NCBI GenBank assembly: GCA_963674745.2
Contig: CAXXDV010000001.1
Location: 2,048,001-2,112,000, forward strand
Reading direction: 5' to 3'
Origin: Desulfosudaceae bacterium
GTDB lineage: Bacteria > Desulfobacterota > Desulfobacteria > Desulfobacterales > Desulfosudaceae
DNA length: 64,000 nt
Each line of letters opens with the position of its first letter. Position 1 is the stretch's first letter. The notes beneath the pieces were generated by a model. The model searched no databases. It was given only the letters and a program-made list of their open reading frames with translations, and was not told the DNA's origin. This document shows positions 19,034 to 29,324 of this stretch, in pieces. A program made the position numbers and the translations under genes.

Positions 19034-22000
19034 ATGAAAAAATTTTTGGTGTTTGCTTTGATGATATGTGCCGTTATGCCGCTAGCGGCAGCCCCCCTGG
19101 AACGAAACGATGTCCCGGCCCCTTTAAAGCCTTGGATTGACTGGGTTTTGCATGGTGAAAAAGAGGATTTGTGTACGATTTTCTATAATGATGGTGACCG
19201 GTCTGTCTGCGCCTGGCCGTCATTTTTGAATCTGGAGGTCCAGAAATCAACGGCCCGATTCTCTCAGCAATGGCGGGTGTATTCGGAGGATACATGGCTG
19301 CTCCTTCCGGGTGGCAGCAACATGTGGCCGCAGGAAGTGATGGCCAATGGTACCACGTTTCCGGTGGGCGAAAGGGCCGGCCGGCCGGCGGTGTATATTA
19401 AAACCCCCGGAGAGTATTCGATTAATGGTGTGTTCAGTTTTGATCGTCTGCCGGAATGGCTTCGCGTACCCGAACAGACCGGTCTTGTTAACCTTTCCAT
19501 CAGGGGAAAGGATGTTTCTTTTCCCCGCCTGGATAGGGAAGGGCGGCTTTGGCTCAGTCAGGAGAAAGACAACCAGCCGGAAACCGAGAGCCGGGAAAAC
19601 CGGTTTCAACTCCAGGTTCACCGCCTGATTCAGGACGATATACCGCTTCGGATGATAACGCGGCTGGAGCTTTCCGTCTCAGGCAAGCATCGGGAGGTTC
19701 GCCTGGGCAAGGCCAATACGGAAGGGTTTATCCCCATGCGGATCAACAGCGACCTGCCTGTCAAGATTGACAGTGACGGTATTCTTGTGGCCCAGGTCAG
19801 GCCGGGTAAGTGGGCCATTGAAATTACGGCCAGGCACAAGGGGCCGGTAACGGAATTGGCGCTGGCCACGGTCGGCGGTTTTGATGTGAAGGAAGAGACC
19901 TGGGCTTTTGACGCCCGTCGCCATTTGCGCCAGGTCTCAATTGAAGGACCGTCCCAGATCGATCCCATGCAGACCACCGTTCCGGATGCCTGGCGACAGT
20001 ATCCGGTTTATCTCATGACATCGCAGGACACGATGACCTTTATCGTCAAGAAGCGGGGTGATCCCCAGCCGAAGCCGGATCAATTGAATCTGCAACGGAC
20101 CCTGTGGCTGAATTTTGACGGGCGGGGATGTTCCGTCAGGGATCACATCACCGGCAACCTGACCACCGGCTGGCGGCTGGAAGTAAATCCGCAGCAGGAG
20201 CTGGGGCGCGTGACGGTTAATGACCAGGAGCAGTTTATCACCCGCGCGGCGGACACCGGTAAGGTCGGTGTGGAAGTGCGCTTCGGGGAAATCAACCTTT
20301 CGGCCGAAAGCCGGATCAGCCGTTCGGGCAGGATAGCGGTGACGGGTTGGGACAGAGATTTTCAGTCGGTAAAAGGAACGCTAAACCTGCCTCCCGGGTG
20401 GTCGTTGTTTCATGCGGCGGGTATCGACAATATACGTCAGACCTGGCTGAAGCAGTGGAACCTGCTGGACTTGTTTCTTGTTCTCGTGGTTGCGGCTGCG
20501 GTTGCCCGGCTCTGCGGCGGCCGCTGGGGGATGGTATCCCTGATAACCTTGATTCTGTTGAATCATGAAGCGGATGCGCCCCGCTGGATATGGTTGCATC
20601 TGCTGGCGGCCATGGCGCTTTTGCGGGTGTTGCCCCGGGGAAAACTTCGTTTCCTGGTGGACTATTACCGTTTCGGCACGATTGTCTGCCTGGTGGTGAT
20701 CAGCCTGCCCTTCATGGTCTCCCAGTTCAAGTACGGTTTTTATCCTCAGCTGGAAAGGCCCTGGCAGGTCATGGGGCCGGGCGGACAAGCGGCGCAAGCG
20801 GTTGATGAACCGGTTCGGCGGTCGCGGACCATGACCGGGACGGCGTCGGAAATGCGGTTTGATAAGACGACCGGGTTAACAGCCGGTTTATATGATTCAT
20901 CTCCGCGAAAAGGGCTGTCTCCCCAGATGGGCATGATGGACATCGGGGCCAAAATCCAGACCGGACCGGGTATCCCCAACTGGAGCTGGAATCAGGTGGC
21001 CTTCTCCTGGAACGGGCCGGTGGCCAGAGGCGATCAGATGAAGTTTTTGTTCATATCCCCTGCGGCCAATCTGGTGCTGGCGGTGATGCGGGTATTGCTG
21101 CTGGCTGCCATGATTTTCGGGTTGACCGGGATCGGCTACGCGGCCGGAAAAGGGTTGGAATTCTCGAAGCTAAAACCCGGGCGTGCGGCCGTCTTTGTCT
21201 TTATTCTTATGATCTGTTGTCTGATGACGCCGCTAAAAGCCGATGCCGCTGACGCGTTTCCGTCTGATTCCCTGCTGAAAGAATTAAAGAGCAAACTCAC
21301 CGATAAGGAAGCGCCGGCATGCCTTCCCAATTGTGCTTCCAGCCCACGGATGCAGATGGTAATTGACAGTAAGTCATTACGAATCAGTATGGAAATCAAT
21401 ATCTTGTATGATGATGTGGCCGTGCCGCTGCCGGGCTCGGATCAGCACTGGCTACCGGAAAAGGTGCTGGTCGATAATCGTTCCGCGACTGATCTTTATC
21501 GTTCCCCTTCCACCGGCCAACTGTGGCTGCGTGTGACCAGGGAAGCCACCAGGTGGATTTACAGGGCCGGTTGCCGCGGCGTCAGACGGTTCAGTTGCTT
21601 TTGCCTTTAAAACCGCATTTTGTTGAAGCCCGGGCAGAGGGGTGGACGATAGACGGTCTGCATGAAAATGGTGTCGCCGACAACCAGTTGCAGTTTACCC
21701 GGATCAATCTGGATGATGGAAAGAAATCCGCCGGATTTTCCGGAGAGTCTTTTGACCCCCTGTTGCTGCCGCCGTTTCTGGAGGTGCAGCGTACGATATG
21801 TCTGGGGTTGGACTGGCAGGTGGAAACCAGGATCGAGCGCCTGACACCCGACGGGCCGGCCGTGGTGGCCGCTGTCCCCCTGCTGGAAGGCGAGTCGGTC
21901 ACCTCGGATATCCCCGTAGAGAACGGCCGGGTACTGATTAATCTGGGGCCGAACCAGCGGTCTTTCAGCTGGACATCCGCTCTTGAAAAAACCGACCGAC

Positions 22001-23172
22001 TGGTTTTAAAAGCGGCTGAAACACTGGAGTGGACCGAGGTCTGGCGGGCCAATGTCGGTCCCATCTGGCATGCCGACATAGAAGGGATTCCGGTTATTCA
22101 TCACCGGGACAGGGGCGGCAACTGGCTGCCGGAATGGCGGCCCTGGCCGGGTGAAGAGGTCGTTTTACACCTGACCCGCCCGGAGGGGATCGGCGGTCAG
22201 ACGCATACCATTGAAAACAGCCGGCTGGTGGTAAAACCGGGGCAGCGCATCATTCACACCGATCTGGAGCTGAACATCAGGAGCAGTCGGGGCAGCCGGC
22301 AGGTGATCACCCTGCCGGAAAATGCGGAAATACAGAATGTTGAGATTAACGGTCAATCTCAGACGATAAACGAAAGCGGTCGCAAAGTGACGTTGCCGTT
22401 GACACCGGGGCAGCAGAAGATCCGACTGACCTGGTGGGAAGACAAAGAGCTCGGCATTAAGTGGGTCACACCCCGAATCGACCTGGGGGTTTCCAGCGTA
22501 GACGCCTTTATCACCGCTCATATGCCCCAGGATCGCTGGCTGTTGTTATGCGGCGGACCCCACGTGGGACCGGCGGTGTTGTTCTGGAGTGCCGTTCTGG
22601 TTATCGTGCTGATGTCGGCCGGCCTGGGCAGGATTGCGATAACCCCCCTGTGGTTTCGGCACTGGCTGCTGCTGGGCCTGGGCTTGACGCAAACGTCGTT
22701 GCTGGCGGCGCTGCCGGTGGTGGCCTGGTTTTTAATGCTGGGTTACCGCAAAAGAAAGGGGCCCCAGCTTTCCCGCCTGGCCTTCAACGGAACCCAGGTG
22801 CTGCTGGTTTTTCTTACCGGTGCCGCCTTACTGGCGCTTCTGGCCGGCATCAAACAGGGGCTGCTCGGATACCCGGACATGCAGGTGGCCGGTAACGGGT
22901 CCGGCAATTATGTTCTTAACTGGTATGCGGATATCGCCGATAACACCCTTCCCCGGGCGTGGGTGATTTCGGTGCCGATTGCCGTATACCGCCTGTTTAT
23001 TCTGGCCTGGGCCCTGTGGCTGGCCTTTGCCCTTATGCGATGGCTGAACTGGGCCTGGGAGTGTTTCAGCTCCGGCGGGCTGTGGCGTCCTTTCAACCTG
23101 CGGCAAAGAATCGGAAAAAAACCCGGTGGGGCGGATGGAAACGGCACGCCCATCGATCTGGCGGATGGCTGA
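19034..23172 (+). CDS. Large (~1380 aa) exported/multi-pass membrane protein split by one frameshift near 21540
   Basis: ORFs 19019-21610 and 21523-23172 join if one G is added to the GGG run at ~21540 (LWLRVTR/GSHQVDLQG). Signal peptide and TM clusters. Function unknown. Confidence 0.7.
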
Positions 23173-23585
23173 TCCGGATATCAGGACACATCCGCGATGA
23201 ACAACACCAACCTTACATGTTTTATTCTCGTTCGTCCAACCCTTGCCTGACCGCGGGCGGAAATGGCCGAAAAGAAAAATCCTTATTCAACGTTCTGGAA
23301 ATTGATAAATGATTTGAATCCGATGACCGGGGACCGTTCGGCAAAGGTAAAAACCGTTTGTGTTTCTTGTGAGGGTGTGTTAGTTTATTAAATACGTCAG
23401 CAACAAAAATTCTCATTTAAATTGTTCAAATTCGTCGATTTTAGCCCGGATATTTATCGCGTTGATTTGGAAGCCTCTGTCAGACGCTGGGCGCAATACC
23501 TGCAGAGGGCTAGCCTTTATTCTGTTTTTTTGTTTATCGTTTATCAGGCGATGACTGCGGCCGATGGGTTCCCATATCGCCTGCC

Positions 23586-24677
23586 ATGGTCATTTTACTG
23601 CGTTCACGGAGGGACAGGGTGACCGGAAATTCAGAAAATCAGAGTCGCTTCTGCGGTTCCATAACAGGCAGAATGGCATTTCTTTTTCTGGCTGCTGCGC
23701 TGTTAACCGTCCTGGTGGCGTTAATATTCTCCAGGCATTCGAATATGGGTAGGCTGAGCGATGGGGGCAAGGCGTCCTTCTTTCCCCTGACAGTAGGCAT
23801 TAATAACAGTTTGAAATCCGCCCCGTTGGTCATTGCCGATAAAATCGGAGGTTTTACGCAGCAGGGGCTGGCGGTGACACTGTCCCGGGCGTCAACATCA
23901 GCGCTTCTCCTGGAAAGGATGCTGGCCGGAAAACTGGACGTCGTCTGCGTGCCCGAGCAATTGATCGCCTTTCTGGCCATGGAACGCAGCGACTTTCGGG
24001 TACTGGCTGTGTTGAACCGTAATCAGAGCCAGGAGCTGATTATCAATACAGACAAAAAGGTATACTCTCCCTTTGGTCTGAAAGGCCGGCGCATCGGGCT
24101 GGATATGGATAGTGCCGCGCCATATTTTCTTTATCGCAAACTGCTTTTTTACAATATCACTCTGGGAGATGTCGAGCTGATTGACCTAAAGCCGAACATG
24201 ATTCCGGACAAAATGGCCGCCGGTGAAATCGATGCGGCTATTGTCTGGCCGCCTTATTCCAGTCGGATTCGTCGGCAGCTGGGGACACGGGCGGTGTTTT
24301 CAAACGCCCATCTTGGGCGGGATATGTACTGGCTGCTGGTTGCCCGGGATGACTGGTGCCGCGATCATGAGCAAGTGCTGGAATATTTTTTTGTGGCGCT
24401 GGAAACGGCCTTTGTCTTCATGAAGGACTTTCCCGGTAAGGCCATGTCGATGGCGGGTGAATATTTCGATTCCCCGTCCCACCGTGTTTCAGAGGAGTGG
24501 GGGCTTTATCATTTTGATCTGGAACTGCCGCAGAGTCTGCTGTTTGCCCTGGAGCAGGAAGCCAGGTGGTGGCGGGAGTGGCATCAGGCAAACGGCAGGC
24601 TGCCTGATTTTTTCCTCCTGGTTGAAAGCCGTCCGTTGAAAAACACGTTTCCGGATAAGGTGACGATTATTCAATAA
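23586..24677 (+). CDS. SsuA/NMT1-type periplasmic binding protein
   Basis: N-terminal TM; LKGRRIG, GEIDAAIVWPP; lies directly upstream of a sensor kinase. Confidence 0.78.
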   Translation: MVILLRSRRDRVTGNSENQSRFCGSITGRMAFLFLAAALLTVLVALIFSRHSNMGRLSDGGKASFFPLTVGINNSLKSAPLVIADKIGGFTQQGLAVTLSRASTSALLLERMLAGKLDVVCVPEQLIAFLAMERSDFRVLAVLNRNQSQELIINTDKKVYSPFGLKGRRIGLDMDSAAPYFLYRKLLFYNITLGDVELIDLKPNMIPDKMAAGEIDAAIVWPPYSSRIRRQLGTRAVFSNAHLGRDMYWLLVARDDWCRDHEQVLEYFFVALETAFVFMKDFPGKAMSMAGEYFDSPSHRVSEEWGLYHFDLELPQSLLFALEQEARWWREWHQANGRLPDFFLLVESRPLKNTFPDKVTIIQ

Positions 24678-24692
24678 GAGACAGGTGCCGGT

Positions 24693-26960
24693 ATGCGGAT
24701 TCGAAAAATTATTTCATATATTGTCGTCATTGTTTTTCTGATTGTTGCTGTGTCCGTCGGCTCGGTTTTGTTTCTGTTCTTTGAGTACGAACAGGCACAG
24801 GTCCGGGAAAACGCTATCCGGAGTGTTAGCGGCACACTGGCTGATGTCTCTTCGGTCTTGAGTGAATTCCTTTTCTCTCCCACGCCCAGAAATAAACGCC
24901 AACTGCGCCTGGCAACATGGGCATTGACCGGCGGAATCAATCAGCTTGACCAATTTGTGGAGCTGACCCCTCGTGTTCACCTGCTCCATGACCGTCAGGA
25001 GGCCCTGGTCAACAATATCACCTGGCTTTTGCAATTTGAAGAGGTGGTGCCGGATGGGGACACCCTTAATCATCATACAAAACAGGCCAGAACGGAGGTC
25101 GGTGGACAGGCGCTTTTGACCGTCCGGGAGATAGCCGGTTATCTGTCGGAGATTGATGCCGGCCTCAGGCAGGATACGGCCGTCAAACAATTGACCATGC
25201 TGGGCTCATCATTTGCCGCCATTTGCCTTATCAGCGCCGTCATGGGGCTGATAATTGTCTGGATGCGAAAACGGCTTTTGCTTCCTGTCTTCAGGCTGCG
25301 GTTTGCCGCCGGAAAGATCGCTGAAGGGGATTATTCGATTGATACGGGCATCACCCGGTCCGATGAAATCGGGGAACTGGCGGCTTCTTTTGATACCATG
25401 AAGAATGCTATTCGTCAGCATATAACCGCCCTGGCGGAAAACGAGGAGAACATCCGGGCCACGCTTCATTCCATCGGTGATGCGGTTATTGCCACGGACA
25501 CCAGGGGAAATGTCACCCGTATGAATCCGGTAGCGGAACGGCTGACCGGATGGTCGAGGGAAGAGGGCGTGGGGCGGCCGGTAACAGATGTGTTTCGGAT
25601 TATCGATGCGAAGACCCGTGAACCCGCAACCGATCCCGTTACCAAAGTGCTCCAAACCGGCGGGACCGTCGGACTGGCCAATCATACCAGCCTGATCAGT
25701 CGGAATGGCCAGGAGCATCAGATTGCTGATTCGGGCGCGCCGATCAGGGGCAGGGACGCCGTCATCACGGGCGTGGTACTTGTTTTCCGTGATGTAACCG
25801 ACAGTTATTGTATGCAGGAATCGCTTCGGGAAAGCGAACAACGATACCGGACTTTTGTGGAAAGATTCAAGGGTATTGCCTATCGCGGTCGGATGGATTT
25901 CTCTGTGGAATTTTTTCATGGCGCGGTCGATGAACTGACCGGTTATTCGGAGCAGGATTTTGTTTCCGGCGGGATCCGTTGGGATGCATTGATCCACCCT
26001 GAGGATCTTGATCAGCTGTTTTCCGAAGACGAGGCCCGCCTGCATACGATTCCCGGATTTTCATATGAACGGGAATACCGGATCCGTCGAAAAGACGGTC
26101 AGGTCCGCTGGATACATGACAACATCCAGAATATTTGTGATGAAACCGGTCAGCCGGCTTTATTACAGGGCACGATTCATGACATTACGGATCAGAAAAT
26201 GGCCGAGAAATCACTGCTGCGGGCAAGGGACGAGCTTGCCAGATACGCGGCCGAGCTTGAATCGACCAACAGGGATCTGGAAGATTTCGTGTATATCGCG
26301 TCCCACGATCTCAAAGAGCCGCTTCGCGGCATTCACAACTATTCGTCTTTTTTACTGGAAGACTATTCCGATAAGCTGGAAGAAGACGGTCAGTCAAAAC
26401 TGCGCACGTTGATGCGCCTGACCCGGCGGCTGGAATCGCTGCTGGATGATCTGCTCCACTATTCCCGGGTAGGACGCCTTGAACTGGCCATGCGGCAGAC
26501 CGATTCCGGTGAACTGGTCCGGGAGGTGCTGGAAACCATGGAGAATCTGCTGGAAGACGATAATGTCAGCGTTGCCATTGCGGCTGACATGCCGCAGATT
26601 GTATGTGACCGGGCCAGTGTGGGAGAGGTTTTCCGCAACCTGATTTCAAACGCGGTAAAATACAATGACAGCCACGATAAGCGGGTGGATATCGGCGGGG
26701 AAAAAGAGAACGATGACGGCATGGTGGTGCTTTATGTCCGTGATAACGGTATCGGCATTCCGGATAAACACCGGGAAAAAGTGTTTAAAATTTTCAAGCG
26801 GCTGCACGGGCGGGATAAATATGGCGGTGGTACCGGTTCGGGGCTGACCCTTGCCCGTCGGATCATCGAACGGCACGGCGGGTCGATCCGCGTTACGTCC
26901 GAGTTCGGGCAGGGCAGTACATTCTGGTTTACGCTGCCCGGGAGGAAGCACGATGAGTGA
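24693..26960 (+). CDS. Sensor histidine kinase (HAMP, 2 PAS, HisKA, HATPase)
   Basis: DEIGELAASF, SIGDAVIATD, YIASHDLKEPLR, NLISNAVKY, DNGIGI, GSGLTL. Confidence 0.95.
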   Translation: MRIRKIISYIVVIVFLIVAVSVGSVLFLFFEYEQAQVRENAIRSVSGTLADVSSVLSEFLFSPTPRNKRQLRLATWALTGGINQLDQFVELTPRVHLLHDRQEALVNNITWLLQFEEVVPDGDTLNHHTKQARTEVGGQALLTVREIAGYLSEIDAGLRQDTAVKQLTMLGSSFAAICLISAVMGLIIVWMRKRLLLPVFRLRFAAGKIAEGDYSIDTGITRSDEIGELAASFDTMKNAIRQHITALAENEENIRATLHSIGDAVIATDTRGNVTRMNPVAERLTGWSREEGVGRPVTDVFRIIDAKTREPATDPVTKVLQTGGTVGLANHTSLISRNGQEHQIADSGAPIRGRDAVITGVVLVFRDVTDSYCMQESLRESEQRYRTFVERFKGIAYRGRMDFSVEFFHGAVDELTGYSEQDFVSGGIRWDALIHPEDLDQLFSEDEARLHTIPGFSYEREYRIRRKDGQVRWIHDNIQNICDETGQPALLQGTIHDITDQKMAEKSLLRARDELARYAAELESTNRDLEDFVYIASHDLKEPLRGIHNYSSFLLEDYSDKLEEDGQSKLRTLMRLTRRLESLLDDLLHYSRVGRLELAMRQTDSGELVREVLETMENLLEDDNVSVAIAADMPQIVCDRASVGEVFRNLISNAVKYNDSHDKRVDIGGEKENDDGMVVLYVRDNGIGIPDKHREKVFKIFKRLHGRDKYGGGTGSGLTLARRIIERHGGSIRVTSEFGQGSTFWFTLPGRKHDE

Positions 26961-27405
26961 AGAGACATCAAATATACTGATCGTTGAAGACAGTCCCGAG
27001 GATTTTGAAGCCACCGTCAGGGTGCTGCGTCGATCCGGCTTGAAAAATCCTATTTTTCAATGCATTGACGGTGATGATGCCTTGGACTATCTGTATCGTC
27101 GCGGCAGATACGCTGATCCTGAGGTGTCCCCACGGCCGGGAATCATTCTGCTTGATCTTAACATGCCGGGAACAGACGGCCGTGAAGTGTTGGAGGAGAT
27201 TAAAATGGACCCCCGATTACGACGTATCCCGGTAGTGGTATTGACCACTTCAGGTGATGAACGCGACATTAACATGTCCTATGACCGGGGTGCCAACAGC
27301 TACCTTCAGAAGCCCGTCGACCTGGAAGGTTTTGTCAGGGCCATTACCATGCTCAAGGGGTACTGGTTTGAAATAACCGTTTTACCGAAAGGAGACCAGG
27401 CATGA
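26953..27405 (+). CDS. Single-domain response regulator (Rcp1-like)
   Basis: ILIVED, ILLDLNMPG, VVVLTTS, GANSYLQKP; start MSEET. Confidence 0.92.
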   Translation: MSEETSNILIVEDSPEDFEATVRVLRRSGLKNPIFQCIDGDDALDYLYRRGRYADPEVSPRPGIILLDLNMPGTDGREVLEEIKMDPRLRRIPVVVLTTSGDERDINMSYDRGANSYLQKPVDLEGFVRAITMLKGYWFEITVLPKGDQA

Positions 27406-28121
27406 ATAATCTCTTTTCAGCCGGCGCATCGATTCGGGTTCTGGTGGTTGATGACGCCGACGAAGATCGGGAGGTCTGCCGCCGTTTTCTGGAAAACTGC
27501 CCGGTGTATGATTATAAATTGGAAGAGTCGGAGACGATTGAGGACGGGCTGAAAATATGCCGGAAGCGACCGCCGGATTGCGTTCTGCTGGATTACCGGC
27601 TGCCGGATGGTGACGGGCTGGAGTTTCTGGAAAAGATGTCCGGTGACGCAGGCATTGTGCCCCTGCCGGTGGTAATGATGACCGGCGTCGGCAACGAGGA
27701 GGTTGCCGTTCGTGCCATGAAGCAGGGGGCCATGGATTACGTGGTCAAGGGACGGATGGAAAACGAGGCCTTTTGCCGTACGGTTCAGGTGGCCCTGGAA
27801 AAAGCGTTTCTGATGCAGACCATCCGGCAGCAGCAGGATGAAAAAGACATTCTCATCGCGCAGCTTCAGGAAGCCCTGGACCAGGTGAAAACATTAAAGG
27901 GCATTGTGCCCATCTGTGCCAGCTGCAAAAAGATCAGGGATGATAAAGGCTACTGGCAGCAGGTGGAGACCTATATCCAGAAGCATTCTGATGCCGAGTT
28001 CAGCCATGGGGTCTGTCCGGATTGTTTACGGAAGTACTATCCCGAACAGGCCGAGAAAATATTAAAGGACATCGAAGACAATCAGCAAAAGCAGCATCGT
28101 TCCACGAAAAAAGACAAGTGA
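27402..28121 (+). CDS. Response regulator with C-terminal Cys-rich (CxxCKKIRD...HGxCxxC) domain
   Basis: VLVVDD, LLDYRLPD, GIVPICASCKKIRDDKGYW...SHGVCPDC. Confidence 0.9.
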   Translation: MNNLFSAGASIRVLVVDDADEDREVCRRFLENCPVYDYKLEESETIEDGLKICRKRPPDCVLLDYRLPDGDGLEFLEKMSGDAGIVPLPVVMMTGVGNEEVAVRAMKQGAMDYVVKGRMENEAFCRTVQVALEKAFLMQTIRQQQDEKDILIAQLQEALDQVKTLKGIVPICASCKKIRDDKGYWQQVETYIQKHSDAEFSHGVCPDCLRKYYPEQAEKILKDIEDNQQKQHRSTKKDK

Positions 28122-28125
28122 TGTG

Positions 28126-29037
28126 TCAGGGTTGATAACCATGGATGGTGACCCTGTTACGCCCCTGTTCCTTGCTGGTGTACATGGCGGTATCGGCTTT
28201 TTCAATCAGGGAATCCATTGTGTCCTCCGCAGAGGCGATGACCCCGCCCGCTGAAAGGGTTACACGTAAAATTTTGTTTTCCGGTTCGACGTGAGAATGT
28301 TCCACCAGCATACGTAACCGTTCAGCGGTATCATAAAGCGTCTGATGGTCAAGGTTTCGAAACACGCCCAGAAATTCTTCTCCTCCCCAGCGGCCGATGA
28401 TATCAGAGGAACGAATGGCGTGCCTGAAAGTGTCGGCCACGGTCTTCAGCGCGAGGTCGCCGATCTGGTGGCCAAGGGTGTCATTAAAGCGCTTGAAGTG
28501 ATCGATGTCCAGAAAAAGCAGGCCAAAGGGCATGTCAATTCTGAGCAGCAGCGATAATGATGTTTCGATGTGGGTTTCAACATACCGCCGGTTGGGCAGT
28601 TCCGTGAGGGGGTCGATCAGTGACAGTTGACGCAGCCGCGCGAGCTCTTCCTGCATGGCCTGCCAGGGGGTGTTGTCGGAAAAGATTTCAATCCCGCCAA
28701 TAATCTCTTCCCGGTCGTTTTTCAAGGGTGTCACCCGTACCATAACCGGTATCCGGTGGCCTGACTTATGATGCAGGAACACTTCCGCCTGGCGGGTTTG
28801 CCCGTCTTCCATGGTGGCGGCTAAGGGACACATGCCCTGGCACAGGCTGTTGCCCTCAGCATCGATATGGCTAAGAATGTTGTCCGAGCAACGGGATCCC
28901 ATAACTTCGTTGGCCGTAAATCCGGTCAGTTCCTCAGCCGCCTTGTTCCAGTACCGGATGCGGCGTTGCCGGTCAACGACGTACAGGCCTTCGTAAAGGT
29001 TGGCAACGATGGCCTCAAAGTTTATGTCGGTGAACAT
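28126..29037 (-). CDS. PAS-GGDEF diguanylate cyclase
   Basis: DPLTELPNRR, DIDHFKRFND, RWGGEEF; N-terminal PAS. Confidence 0.93.
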   Translation of the reverse strand: MFTDINFEAIVANLYEGLYVVDRQRRIRYWNKAAEELTGFTANEVMGSRCSDNILSHIDAEGNSLCQGMCPLAATMEDGQTRQAEVFLHHKSGHRIPVMVRVTPLKNDREEIIGGIEIFSDNTPWQAMQEELARLRQLSLIDPLTELPNRRYVETHIETSLSLLLRIDMPFGLLFLDIDHFKRFNDTLGHQIGDLALKTVADTFRHAIRSSDIIGRWGGEEFLGVFRNLDHQTLYDTAERLRMLVEHSHVEPENKILRVTLSAGGVIASAEDTMDSLIEKADTAMYTSKEQGRNRVTIHGYQP

Positions 29038-29161
29038 ACCAGCCCCCATTTGACTTATCCATATCATATCGCGGTTGACTTGCCATAAAATTTTATTGCG
29101 TGCGTCTGTTTGGCGTAAAGAGAAATACCAGGCGCAGGTGTTTTGATAAGGCTTTTAGATA

Positions 29162-29190
29162 TTGACTTTAATGAGGTATGTTAATAAAAT
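29162..29190 (+). promoter_or_regulatory. Sigma70-type promoter
   Basis: TTGACT-17 nt-TAAAAT upstream of 29325. Confidence 0.55.
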
Positions 29191-29324
29191 TATTAAATTT
29201 AGATGTTTGTTTGTAATGCCCTTTATTGCCGGAAAGGGGTGCGGCGACAGGCTTTGCCACGATGTTTTTTAACCCCTGTTTAGTTGTTCATCTTTAAGAG
29301 CGTCTTTTTTTAAAGCGGGTTTGC

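Noticed and set aside
29200..29320. Possible riboswitch in the leader next to the diguanylate cyclase
   Set aside because: Contains GAAA but no convincing match to the c-di-GMP aptamer consensus.
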